DNA of 32,000 nucleotides, taken from positions 390,001 through 422,000 of the forward strand of contig JAIUPJ010000001.1 in NCBI GenBank assembly GCA_020160975.1. The letters are read 5' to 3'. The first letter of the stretch is position 1. Each line of letters begins with the position of its first letter. Shown one piece after another: positions 7,969 through 16,540 of this stretch. The DNA comes from Candidatus Saccharimonadota bacterium (lineage in GTDB: Bacteria > Patescibacteriota > Saccharimonadia > Saccharimonadales > Saccharimonadaceae). The notes below the pieces were generated by a model. That model had not been told where the DNA came from. It searched no databases and was given only the letters and a program-made list of their open reading frames with translations. The translations under genes were made by a program, and so were the position numbers.

Positions 7969-8298
7969 CTACTCCTCAGAGAAGTCTGTCTGCATTTCGT
8001 TGGATGTATCCTCTGGCACCCCCTCGACTTCTCCACCAGGATTGCGGCGGTAGTACGTGATTAATCCCAGCATAACTGCATAAAATGTAATCCAGACAGC
8101 ATTAACAATGGTAAGTAGACGGTTGTGAATGCTCAAGGCGTACGTCAGCGAGACAAACTGCGTACCAAGCCAAAGTGTCCATGTTGCAAGATTGAGCTCG
8201 TCCGAGCGCTTCGCCAACAACAGCTGACGAACTTGCGGAAAGCTCGCGAGAACAGCTATCGTCGTAGAGCAGGCATAAAGGGTTTCAAAGAAATTCAT
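7969..8298 (-). CDS. SemiSWEET / PQ-loop family small transporter
   Basis: 109-aa ORF with three predicted TM helices and a PQ motif in TM1 (LASFPQVRQLLLAKRS). Its size and pattern match bacterial SemiSWEETs. It has an acidic C-terminal tail. Confidence 0.65.
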   Translation of the reverse strand: MNFFETLYACSTTIAVLASFPQVRQLLLAKRSDELNLATWTLWLGTQFVSLTYALSIHNRLLTIVNAVWITFYAVMLGLITYYRRNPGGEVEGVPEDTSNEMQTDFSEE

Positions 8299-8345
8299 AT
8301 TTGTTTTTTTGAGTTGTTACTTCTCTACTATATAAGCATAAGCTT

Positions 8346-8386
8346 GATAAAAAGTCAAGACGCTCTCCTGCTGGAAAGCGTCTTGA
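8346..8386 (-). terminator. rho-independent terminator downstream of rnj
   Basis: A perfect 11-bp stem pairs GTCAAGACGCT (8353-8363) with AGCGTCTTGAC (8376-8386). On the minus strand it is followed by TTTTTAT (8352-8346). Confidence 0.75.
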
Positions 8387-8414
8387 CATGACCAACGCTG
8401 TCTATACTGCTAAC

Positions 8415-10541
8415 CTAGTAGCTTGGGACGTCGCTGCCTTTGTTCGGCACCTGCACTTCACTATCGGGTATCTGCTTCGGTGGGAACTTGCGCTGACTTC
8501 GCGGCGGCACGCCCATGATTGGCTTGTGTTCAGGTGACTGCGCTGTCCGATTTGTTGACTGTGGCTTGCCACCTCCTCCGCCAATCTCGTTGATCACCGG
8601 GATCACAATTGGCGTGCGGCGGGTCTGGTCGTAGAGAATGTGCGTGACTTCGTCTTTGATTTCTTTTTTGATAACGTCGAGATCGTATCTGCCGCTAAAG
8701 GCGCGAGCGGCTTTTTGCTTGAGATAGGCACGGATCATGCCCATCAACTCTTCGCTGTCACGGAGATAAATGAACCCACGGCTGATGATGTCTGGGCTGG
8801 TCAGCAAACGACCCGTACCACGCTGAATGGTCAGCACCACCACAAACATCCCTTCCATGCTCATGTGAATGCGGTCTTTTAGAACCACCTCGCTGACGAT
8901 TGCGCCGCTGTCATCATACATGATGCCGCCGACTGGCACGCGCCCAACTTTACTGGCGCCATCTGGAGTGATCTCGATAATATCACCAGCGTCACAGACA
9001 AAGATATGGTCGCGCGGAATACCACATTCTTTTTCGGCGAGCTCGGCGTTGTGCACCAGCATATGGAATTCACCGTGATACGGGATGTAATAGGTCGGGT
9101 TGACTGCTTCGATGACCTTGATATGGTCTTCGTAGTAGCCGTGTCCTGAAAGGTGGAGCGGGCCAACACCGGTGAGGTGTGTTTTGCCATTCTGGATTAT
9201 TTCACCACCTTCGCGCATCAGGCCATCAACCGTGCGCACGACGAATTTTTCGTTGCCGGGAATCGGGTCTGAGCTAAAGACCACGACATCAGTGCTTTTG
9301 ATCTTGATGTACTTGTGTGCGCCGGTCGCCATGCGGTTAAGTACCGCACTAAACTCACCCTGGCTGCCAGTACAAACGATTGTCACTTTGCTGTCGGGCA
9401 GTTTGATGATGTCTTCCATCTTCATGACAGTATCTTTTGGCACTTTGATCGCACCGGTTCGCAGCGCGACTTCGAGGTTCTGGATCATACTGTAGCCGGC
9501 AAAGGCGACCTTGCGTCCGTGCTTTTGGGCCTCGTCGAGAATCAGCTGCATACGATGTAGCTGACTCGAGAAACTTGAGATGATCACACGGCTATTTGGG
9601 TACTTCTCCATCACTTCGCCCATGCTGCGCTGGATCTCAAACTCACCATGCGTGTGCGTGCCGTCTGACTCACAGTTGGTCGATTCGTTCAAAAAGACGA
9701 GGAAGCCTTCTTTTTGCTGAATCTCGCTGATACGCGGGAAGTCAAATTTTTTGCCATCGACTGGATTTTCCTCGATGCGCCAGTCACCACTGGCCAGAAT
9801 GTTTCCGACTGGAGTACGAATCACTACCGCCGTGGCGTCAGGAATTGAGTGGTTCACTCGAATCAGCTCGATACTAAATGAATCAGAAATTTGTACAATG
9901 TCGTGCGCTTCAGGGTTCAGTTCGTTGTATTGCGGCTCAAAACTACCGTCTGTTTCCTCCATGGTACGTTGCAACATACCAATGGTAAAGCGACTTGCGT
10001 AAACTGGTGCTGGAATCTTTGGTACCAGATGACGAAATGCTCCGATGTGGTCGAGGTGGCCGTGCGTAAATACATGGCCTCGGATCCGGTGCTTGTTTTC
10101 CTCGAGCCATGTAATATCTGGCGTGATGTAATTGATACCTGGATAGTCAGTGCCTGGGAACAAAAAACCCATGTCTATGACAATAATATCGTTGTCGTAT
10201 TCGATGGCGGTCATGTTCTTGCCGATACCCATTTCGCCGACACCACCGATAGGAATAATTTTAAGGGTTGGACGAGCAGCGCGTGGACGCTTTGGCTGGT
10301 CGGCAAGGCTAAACTGCTTGCCTCCATAGCCGTTATAGACAGATTTGTTCACTGGCACATTGATAATGTGCTGACTCGCCTGCATGTTGACGCCCTCGGA
10401 GGTGCGGCGCTGCGCACGAAAAACCTCTCCCTTGCGGGTGGTAGTGGCATTTAGCACAGAGTTATTTGATTTTTGCTTGGTTTGCATCGGCCGCTTGCTG
10501 GCATCGTCTGCCTGCGGTCGAGAGAGTCTTCGTTGACCCAT
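8415..10541 (-). CDS. rnj: ribonuclease J with N- and C-terminal low-complexity extensions
   Basis: 708-aa ORF with a metallo-beta-lactamase/beta-CASP core (KIIPIGGVGEMGIGKNMTAIEYDNDIIVIDMG; HxHxDH as THGHLDH). AGGAG lies 12 nt upstream of the first ATG. An alternative start at M53 is preceded by GAGGG. Confidence 0.9.
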   Translation of the reverse strand: MGQRRLSRPQADDASKRPMQTKQKSNNSVLNATTTRKGEVFRAQRRTSEGVNMQASQHIINVPVNKSVYNGYGGKQFSLADQPKRPRAARPTLKIIPIGGVGEMGIGKNMTAIEYDNDIIVIDMGFLFPGTDYPGINYITPDITWLEENKHRIRGHVFTHGHLDHIGAFRHLVPKIPAPVYASRFTIGMLQRTMEETDGSFEPQYNELNPEAHDIVQISDSFSIELIRVNHSIPDATAVVIRTPVGNILASGDWRIEENPVDGKKFDFPRISEIQQKEGFLVFLNESTNCESDGTHTHGEFEIQRSMGEVMEKYPNSRVIISSFSSQLHRMQLILDEAQKHGRKVAFAGYSMIQNLEVALRTGAIKVPKDTVMKMEDIIKLPDSKVTIVCTGSQGEFSAVLNRMATGAHKYIKIKSTDVVVFSSDPIPGNEKFVVRTVDGLMREGGEIIQNGKTHLTGVGPLHLSGHGYYEDHIKVIEAVNPTYYIPYHGEFHMLVHNAELAEKECGIPRDHIFVCDAGDIIEITPDGASKVGRVPVGGIMYDDSGAIVSEVVLKDRIHMSMEGMFVVVLTIQRGTGRLLTSPDIISRGFIYLRDSEELMGMIRAYLKQKAARAFSGRYDLDVIKKEIKDEVTHILYDQTRRTPIVIPVINEIGGGGGKPQSTNRTAQSPEHKPIMGVPPRSQRKFPPKQIPDSEVQVPNKGSDVPSY

Positions 10542-10839
10542 AAATTATTTGTTCTCCTTTGGTTTATTTATGATAAATAATTTCGATAATAATAAGTCTA
10601 AGAGAGTGCTTTGGTAAGGAAAAGACAGTCTGCCCTCTCTTTGCTGTTGATCTGATAGTAGCAAAAAACACCCAAAAACGCAACTATAGCGGAATATCTA
10701 GATGGGAAAATATGTGAAATTTATTGCTTCGTAAGATGCAAGTTACAGATATAGTCATAATCAGAAATCAGTAATAAAGGAGAATAACACGGCAGACGTT
10801 ATCGTCGAAAAAGAGAGTAAAGATAGTAGTGATGCAGGT

Positions 10840-10977
10840 GTGGTAGTGGGGATCATTGCCATAGTGATATTGGTGCTGGCTGCACTATTCATCCTTCCTG
10901 GACTCATGAATAATTCTGGCTCAACCACTACTCCAACCGTCACAACCCCAACCGTGACAACCCCTACGCAGCAATAA
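10840..10977 (+). CDS. candidate small single-pass membrane protein with Thr/Pro repeat tail (start uncertain)
   Basis: The frame is open from 10735 to 10977. It encodes ...VVVGIIAIVILVLAALFILPGLMNNSGSTTTPTVTTPTVTTPTQQ. A strong AAAGGAG (10777-10783) lies upstream, but the first canonical start is GTG at 10840. A terminator hairpin follows directly after the stop. Confidence 0.3.
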   Translation: MVVGIIAIVILVLAALFILPGLMNNSGSTTTPTVTTPTVTTPTQQ

Positions 10978-10991
10978 CTCCGCAGGGAAAG

Positions 10992-11027
10992 AAGTGGGGC
11001 GCCACCAGCGAGGGCGCCTCACTTTTT
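10992..11027. terminator. hairpin terminator between convergent genes
   Basis: The GC-rich stem is built on GGCGCC (10998-11003) pairing with GGCGCC (11013-11018) and extends to about 11 bp. On the plus strand it is followed by T5 (11023-11027). The UDG stop codon (11019-11021) lies in the 3' arm. Confidence 0.55.
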
Positions 11028-11594
11028 AGTATCGATACTACCTGAGATTGAGATAAAGTCTTCGATCAACACCTGACGCATCGATCCGTTGTAAAGTGCG
11101 GCCGCAGGGTGGTAAAGCGGGATGACGAGAAACTTGTGGCCCTCGCATATGACTTCATGCAGCATGCCATGGTCACGAGAAATGACGAGATCGGGAATGA
11201 AATAGGCACCGCTGTGTCTGCCGAGGGTGATGATCACTTTTGGTGAAATAATTTCGAGCTGCCTGAGAAGATATGGCCAAAATGCTTTCTTTTCCTCTGG
11301 TAGTGGGTCGCGATTGTGTGGCGGGCGATATTTGACAATGTTTGTAATGTAAATATCTTCCCTCTTCATATTTGCTGCAGCCAACATTTCATTTAGGAAC
11401 TTGCCGCTTGCACCGACGAACGGTGATCCCTGAATATCTTCTTGCTTTCCCGGTGCCTCGCCAATGAACACAATGTCAGCATCAAGATTACCATCACCCA
11501 TCACTAGTTGTGTCGCGTGGCGTCGAAGCTCGGGACATACGTCCATGGCTACGATACGCTGCGCAAGATCATCTATCAGCTCTTGTTTATTCAT
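11019..11594 (-). CDS. uracil-DNA glycosylase, family 4
   Basis: Motif A is GEAPGKQEDIQGSPFVGASGKFLNEML and motif B is LYHPAAALYNGS. I prefer the ATG at 11594 (MNKQELIDD) because TATACT (11604-11609) sits 9 nt upstream. The ORF track's longer TTG start at 11657 is possible. Confidence 0.85.
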   Translation of the reverse strand: MNKQELIDDLAQRIVAMDVCPELRRHATQLVMGDGNLDADIVFIGEAPGKQEDIQGSPFVGASGKFLNEMLAAANMKREDIYITNIVKYRPPHNRDPLPEEKKAFWPYLLRQLEIISPKVIITLGRHSGAYFIPDLVISRDHGMLHEVICEGHKFLVIPLYHPAAALYNGSMRQVLIEDFISISGSIDTKK

Positions 11595-11686
11595 ATAGAT
11601 TTTAGTATAGCGCAACGGCAATGTGACTTGTGCTGACAAAGCACACAGCTGCGACAACTCTTTTGTCTGAATAGCTTAAACTAAGC

Positions 11687-12103
11687 TTACTGACAATTCT
11701 TGATATCGTACAGATATTTAATGCGTCGCACTGAATCATTTGTGCGAATTACTTCAGCCTGTAGCTCCCCGTCGTGTCCGCAAAATCTTGCGCTAACGCT
11801 CAAGTCACCTTGTCTCACAAGTCTCCATTCCCGAACTGATAGGTCATCAATCACTTCCTTCAAAATAGCTTCGTCACTTTTTGTCGTGGCTGCTGGCACA
11901 ATAATCTCTGCCTGCGCTCCATCACAACTATCGAAACAGTCGCCAAATAGACTTCCACCGTTCACAATACGCTCACTGCCATACTCACCGATTTGCTGCC
12001 GCTTAAGTGTGTCCATTGCAGCATGGGCCACCGCACGGTAGCGCACGTCACTGTTCATATATAATGACCAAATAAGTAACCCTGCGGCAACTATGAGCAG
12101 CAT
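11687..12103 (-). CDS. hypothetical anchored/exported Cys-containing protein
   Basis: 138-aa ORF with a hydrophobic N-terminus (MLLIVAAGLLIWSLY). The exodomain has 5 Cys (DCFDSCDG, FCGH, NCQ). Confidence 0.65.
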   Translation of the reverse strand: MLLIVAAGLLIWSLYMNSDVRYRAVAHAAMDTLKRQQIGEYGSERIVNGGSLFGDCFDSCDGAQAEIIVPAATTKSDEAILKEVIDDLSVREWRLVRQGDLSVSARFCGHDGELQAEVIRTNDSVRRIKYLYDIKNCQ

Positions 12104-12159
12104 ACCTACGGTTATGAGAATTAGTCTTAACGGTCTCGTAATAGTATCAGTACGATCGG

Positions 12160-12306
12160 CTACTTTTTACTGGTTGGCTTAGTGTCGAGCTTACTCAATA
12201 CCCATCCAACCAACACCGGAAGCGCCCAAGCTAAGAATTGCTGAACACGGGGGTTACGCAGTAATGAGCCGATTTTCTGTACTTTTGAATTCGTTGTGGT
12301 TGCCAT
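12160..12306 (-). CDS. candidate 48-aa small membrane protein
   Basis: It translates as MATTTNSKVQKIGSLLRNPRVQQFLAWALPVLVGWVLSKLDTKPTSKK, with one hydrophobic helix. TAGAAT (12313-12318) lies 6 nt upstream of the ATG, the leaderless-type arrangement seen elsewhere in this window. Confidence 0.35.
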   Translation of the reverse strand: MATTTNSKVQKIGSLLRNPRVQQFLAWALPVLVGWVLSKLDTKPTSKK

Positions 12307-12362
12307 AATTATATTCTACGATATGCTACTCGAAAAACATGTGACGTTTTTCACGACTTGAG

Positions 12363-12680
12363 CTAATTACTCAACAGAAATGCGAGGACATCGGGGAAAA
12401 ACAACTTGAGAAATAAAAACGCGCAACACAGCAGTCCTATCAAACAATACACAATTGCTGCATGTTTTCTTCCTATATCGCTATCGTCGCGCGAGTCAAA
12501 TACTGTCCGAAAGCGCGTCAGCCATAGTGACGCGCCGAGCACCACCATCCAACCGATGGCGGTGGGAATATCGGCCTCGGTCAAGTGGTAGCCTTTCGCT
12601 GAAAGCGCCACGAACCCTACGCTAATGACGATCGCAACGACGATCCATGCGGGGTTCGCAGATTTCGTAAGCCACGACAT
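12363..12680 (-). CDS. hypothetical integral membrane protein
   Basis: It has three hydrophobic helices (AWIVVAIVISVGFVAL, AIGWMVVLGASLWL, AIVYCLIGLLCCAFLFL). The ATG at 12680 lies 7 nt after the pnp stop codon. The ORF track's TTG at 12701 would overlap pnp by 14 nt. Confidence 0.7.
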   Translation of the reverse strand: MSWLTKSANPAWIVVAIVISVGFVALSAKGYHLTEADIPTAIGWMVVLGASLWLTRFRTVFDSRDDSDIGRKHAAIVYCLIGLLCCAFLFLKLFFPDVLAFLLSN

Positions 12681-12687
12681 CGCCCAG

Positions 12688-14808
12688 CTACTGCTGCTCA
12701 ATACCCTTCATCGTAAGGGAGAGGCGACCTTTTTCGTCGATGCCAGCAAGCTTGACGGTGACCATTTGGCCTTCTTTTAGCACATCGGTCACATTTTCAA
12801 CGCGCTGTTCGCTGATTTGGCTGATATGAAGCATGCCGTCGGTGCCTGGCATGATGTTGACGAAAGCACCAAAGTCCTTGATCGTGACGACTTTTCCGGT
12901 GTAGAGCTTGCCGACTTCTGGCTCCTCGGTAAGACCGCGAATCCATTCGAGAGCTTTCTCGATGCTCGCGGTGTCGTTTGAAGCAACGGTGATAAGTCCG
13001 TCATCCTTGATATCGATCATCGCACCAGTTTCACCGGTAATCTTGTTGATCGTCTCCCCGCCCTTGCCGATCACTGCACCGATTTTCTCAGGATTAATCT
13101 TGATCTTCTCGATACGCGGCGCGTAGGGACTAAGCTTCTCACGAGGTGCCGCAATAGTTGCGACCATGTGGTCGAGAATGTGCTTGCGACCGGGGCCAGA
13201 CTGCTTGATTGCATCCGCGAGAACAGAGACAGGCAGGCCGTGGACTTTCATGTCCATCTGCACCGCTGTAATACCATTTGCGGTACCCGTCACCTTGAAG
13301 TCCATGTCACCCGCAAAGTCTTCAGCATCGGCGATGTCGCTCAGCACGTAGTGCTTGTCGCCGTCAACCATCAGACCCATTGCGATACCAGATACCGGAG
13401 CCTTCAGTGGCACACCGGCATCCATCAGGGCTAATGTCGAGCTACAGGTCGCTGCCATACTCGTTGAACCGTTTTGGCTCATGATTTCAGTCACGCTACG
13501 GATGGCATACGGAAATTCTTCTTCGGTCGGCAGCACTGGAATGAGTGCGCGTTCTGCAAGATAACCGTGGCCGATTTCACGACGGCCTGGGCTACCAAGG
13601 CGGCGCACTTCACCTACCGTGTAGCCAGGTGCATTGTAGTGATGCATGTAGCGGCGCTCGCCGTCGGTGACTTCCATTGTATCTACAATCTGTGCAAAAC
13701 TGAGTGGTGCCAGCGTAACGATGTTCATGCCTTGTGTGACACCACGAGTAAAGAGGCTGGAGCCGTGGGTACGTGGCAGCAGGCCGACTTCGCTACTGAG
13801 CTCACGAATTTCATCCAGCTTGCGGCCGTCGGGGCGTACGCCGTCTTCGACTATGCCGCGGCGGACATCTTTGTGAAGCGCCATCGTGAATGCTTCATCG
13901 TATTCATCTTTCAATGCAGGATATTCTTCGACGCCAATCTTTTCAGTCATCGCTTCGTGGAATGTCCAGCGAAGTTCGTTGACCATCTCGTTGCGCTCTG
14001 GGTAGGCTTTGCGCAGTTTGTCGCCCAGCTTGCCTTTCACCCATTCATCAACTGCTTTTTGGATATCTTCATTTGGCAAAACTAGTTCATATTCTTGCGC
14101 TACTGGCGCCACCTTTGTGGCAAGCTCTCGCTGCAGTGAAATCGCCGGCTGGAAGGCTTTGAATGCCCAATCCATTGCGGCTACTAGATCGTCTTCAGAA
14201 ACTTCATTGGCACCCGCCTCTACCATCGTGATACCACTCTCGATGCCGGCCACCACAAGGTCAAGATCACTAGCCTCACGCTCCTCAGCGTTCAAAAATG
14301 CTTTGAATTCACCCTTGACCCGACCAACACGAAGTCCCGCCACTGGGCCGTCAAATGGCGTACCCGTAAGCATCAGCGCACTGCTGGCGGCGATCATTGC
14401 GACCATATCAGGGCGGAAATTTGGATCCATCGATAGCACGCTTGAAACCACCTGCACCTCTTGGCGATAGCCCTTCGGGAACAGTGGTCGAATCGGGCGA
14501 TCTATCAAACGACCGATTAAAATCGCTTCGTCGCTCGGACGACCTTCGCGCTTGATGAAGCGGCTGCCGCTGATCTTGCCCGCTGCATACATTTTTTCTT
14601 CGTAGTCGATCGACAGTGGGAAATAGTCGAGTACGACCGGTCGAGAGCCGACCATCGCCGTACCGAGCACCACGGTGTCGCCATAGGTAACGAGCACGCT
14701 CGCAGTAGTGCGAAAGCCAACACGGTTGACCTCAAGTGTCAATGGTTTGCCACAAAAATCAGTGGTAACAGAAATAATATCCTTGCCACTAGGGTTAATA
14801 ATACTCAT
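12688..14808 (-). CDS. pnp: polyribonucleotide nucleotidyltransferase (PNPase)
   Basis: It has two RNase PH domains plus KH (IGAVIGKGGETINKI) and S1 (GKLYTGKVVTIKDFGAFVNI) domains. I prefer the ATG at 14808 (MSIINPSGK) because a perfect AGGAGG (14817-14822) lies 8 nt upstream. The track's start at 14844 has no Shine-Dalgarno sequence. Confidence 0.95.
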   Translation of the reverse strand: MSIINPSGKDIISVTTDFCGKPLTLEVNRVGFRTTASVLVTYGDTVVLGTAMVGSRPVVLDYFPLSIDYEEKMYAAGKISGSRFIKREGRPSDEAILIGRLIDRPIRPLFPKGYRQEVQVVSSVLSMDPNFRPDMVAMIAASSALMLTGTPFDGPVAGLRVGRVKGEFKAFLNAEEREASDLDLVVAGIESGITMVEAGANEVSEDDLVAAMDWAFKAFQPAISLQRELATKVAPVAQEYELVLPNEDIQKAVDEWVKGKLGDKLRKAYPERNEMVNELRWTFHEAMTEKIGVEEYPALKDEYDEAFTMALHKDVRRGIVEDGVRPDGRKLDEIRELSSEVGLLPRTHGSSLFTRGVTQGMNIVTLAPLSFAQIVDTMEVTDGERRYMHHYNAPGYTVGEVRRLGSPGRREIGHGYLAERALIPVLPTEEEFPYAIRSVTEIMSQNGSTSMAATCSSTLALMDAGVPLKAPVSGIAMGLMVDGDKHYVLSDIADAEDFAGDMDFKVTGTANGITAVQMDMKVHGLPVSVLADAIKQSGPGRKHILDHMVATIAAPREKLSPYAPRIEKIKINPEKIGAVIGKGGETINKITGETGAMIDIKDDGLITVASNDTASIEKALEWIRGLTEEPEVGKLYTGKVVTIKDFGAFVNIMPGTDGMLHISQISEQRVENVTDVLKEGQMVTVKLAGIDEKGRLSLTMKGIEQQ

Positions 14809-14934
14809 ATCTTGAGCCTCCTTCTTGTTAGAATCACTCGCCATCTATCGAGGTAAGTAACGGGTAGAATCAGTTATCTCGCATGTAACTCGTTCTATCC
14901 ACCACTTACGCGCTGTGCGATCGTGACTCTCTGT

Positions 14935-14943
14935 AGTATAGCA
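14935..14943 (-). promoter_or_regulatory. extended -10 element TGcTATACT, candidate pnp promoter
   Basis: The reverse complement of 14935-14943 is TGCTATACT. It would give a pnp leader of about 120 nt. Confidence 0.45.
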
Positions 14944-14986
14944 CACTAGACACACTTTTTGTTCAGATGTAGCCTATACTGAGTGT

Positions 14987-15538
14987 ATGAACAATTCTTT
15001 GTATTCTCACGTTTTTACTCAGGACCAAATCGATGCGCGTATCGAAGAACTAGCTGCAGAGCTGCTCGCTGACTACTCAGACAAAAGTCCATTATTTGTG
15101 GCACTGATGCGCGGGGCGAATCCTTTTGCGAGCAAATTGATGTTTGCGCTGGCGCGGCAAAACCCCGACTTTCACCCCGAGCTCGACTATATGATGGTCA
15201 GTACCTACGGCCAGAAGCAGACCGCTAAAGAACCGGTAGTGGTGACCGACCTTGCACCGACAACTACTGTGTCAGGCCGCAATATCGTGGTAATTGACGA
15301 TGTGATTGATCTTGGTATCACATCAGACTTCGTCAAAAGTCTGCTGCTTGAGCGTGGGGCAAACAGTGTCAAACTCGCCGTTCTTGCTTCAAAAGCTGTG
15401 TCTTCTCGCATTTTACAGGCCGACTATGTTGGGTTTGAAGCCGGCGACAAGTGGCTCGTCGGCATGGGGCTCGACGATGCCAAAAGTGGCAACGAGCACT
15501 ACCGCTGGCTTGATGAAATCTGGGAGATTAAGCGCTAA
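14987..15538 (+). CDS. hpt: hypoxanthine-guanine phosphoribosyltransferase
   Basis: 183-aa ORF with the PRPP-binding motif IVVIDDVIDLGIT and a type-I PRTase pattern (YMMVSTYG, KWLVGMGLD). TATACT (14975-14980) lies 6 nt upstream of the ATG. Confidence 0.9.
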   Translation: MNNSLYSHVFTQDQIDARIEELAAELLADYSDKSPLFVALMRGANPFASKLMFALARQNPDFHPELDYMMVSTYGQKQTAKEPVVVTDLAPTTTVSGRNIVVIDDVIDLGITSDFVKSLLLERGANSVKLAVLASKAVSSRILQADYVGFEAGDKWLVGMGLDDAKSGNEHYRWLDEIWEIKR

Positions 15539-15539
15539 A

Positions 15540-16010
15540 CTACTGCAACAAGCGTGATAGATTTGTATGCAGGCGCTCGATACGACCATCTGGTGCGACA
15601 TGCTCACGAAGCTGCACCCTCGATAGCTTGCTCTCAGGCGTCATATCTCGCACATGAAGCGAGCAGTCAAGATCAGCGCACACGAGATATGACACTGACC
15701 GTCTGTCGCCTTTTGCAAAAGCGATTCGTGCCGCATTGTTTCCCCGCTGCCAGGTGGCGCAGAGGTCACAGATGATGCCGTCGGTACGACCAGTGCTGCT
15801 GGCGGCCTTTTTTGTGAGCGAAAATGGATAAAACAAATCTTCAAATAGCAGCACGCCTTCACTGTGAGATTTGTTCATGATTGCCAAAAAATCCCGCGAC
15901 TCTGGGTGCAAAATCTCACTAGGCACATACCGTAACTCACGAATAATCCGCGGCTTAATGCGGGCATTCTTGAGTGATGCTAGTAGGTCACTATTGCTCG
16001 GTAATTCCAT
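15540..16010 (-). CDS. FBP/FusB-type treble-clef zinc-finger protein (EF-G-binding protein family)
   Basis: 156-aa ORF. The C-terminal pattern CDLC...x29...CADLDCSLHVR...ERLHTNLSRLL matches my recollection of FBP_C domain proteins (CSLC...C.DL.CSLYVRG...NL..F). TATACT (16020-16025) lies 9 nt upstream of the ATG. Confidence 0.55.
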   Translation of the reverse strand: MELPSNSDLLASLKNARIKPRIIRELRYVPSEILHPESRDFLAIMNKSHSEGVLLFEDLFYPFSLTKKAASSTGRTDGIICDLCATWQRGNNAARIAFAKGDRRSVSYLVCADLDCSLHVRDMTPESKLSRVQLREHVAPDGRIERLHTNLSRLLQ

Positions 16011-16027
16011 TATCTTACTAGTATATG

Positions 16028-16531
16028 CTAGTCTGCTTTTGACTGAGAAACCGTCCGCTCAAGCACCAGATCAGGCTGACCGCTACTATAAAGATCTTCT
16101 AGCCCTACTTCACGGAACTTAAGTTTTTTCAAGAACTCAACCATAGCCCGATTCTCTGGCTTTGTATCTACAACAACTCGTGAAACATCAGGCAATTCCT
16201 GCTGCACGATATAGAGTAGCTGGACTGTTGAGAAGCGTCCAAAATCTCGCCGACGCACTTCTGGTGACATTGAAATATTTCGTATTCCGACACTCTCTGG
16301 TGACTCGATCTTAGCTATAGCCGACCCCACCACCTGACCTGCTTCAATCGCTGCGATACCAAACTTTCTCCCCATCACTAGGTCATGCTCGGTACGCTCT
16401 ACCCAGTCCTGATGCGCCGAACCGTAGTCAGCCTGCGTATCAATATAAAGTCGCGGCTGGCGTAAAAAATCAGCTACCTTTGCCGCAGATGAAGAGTTGA
16501 AGCTGTCGGTAAATCTGATATCAATCGGCAT
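16028..16531 (-). CDS. GNAT family N-acetyltransferase
   Basis: 167-aa ORF with an acetyl-CoA motif-A-like segment ISMSPEVRRRDFGRFS and a C-terminal ENRAMVEFLKKLKFREVG. An AAGGTAG Shine-Dalgarno sequence lies upstream. Confidence 0.7.
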   Translation of the reverse strand: MPIDIRFTDSFNSSSAAKVADFLRQPRLYIDTQADYGSAHQDWVERTEHDLVMGRKFGIAAIEAGQVVGSAIAKIESPESVGIRNISMSPEVRRRDFGRFSTVQLLYIVQQELPDVSRVVVDTKPENRAMVEFLKKLKFREVGLEDLYSSGQPDLVLERTVSQSKAD

Positions 16532-16540
16532 ACGCTACCT

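Noticed and set aside
10761-10943. 60-aa minus-strand ORF in the rnj upstream spacer
   Set aside because: It is the mirror image of the plus-strand TM/Thr-Pro ORF, which has the Shine-Dalgarno sequence and terminator. The minus-strand version has no start signals.
13474-14470. 203-aa and 153-aa plus-strand ORFs inside pnp
   Set aside because: They are antisense shadow ORFs of PNPase with no independent support.
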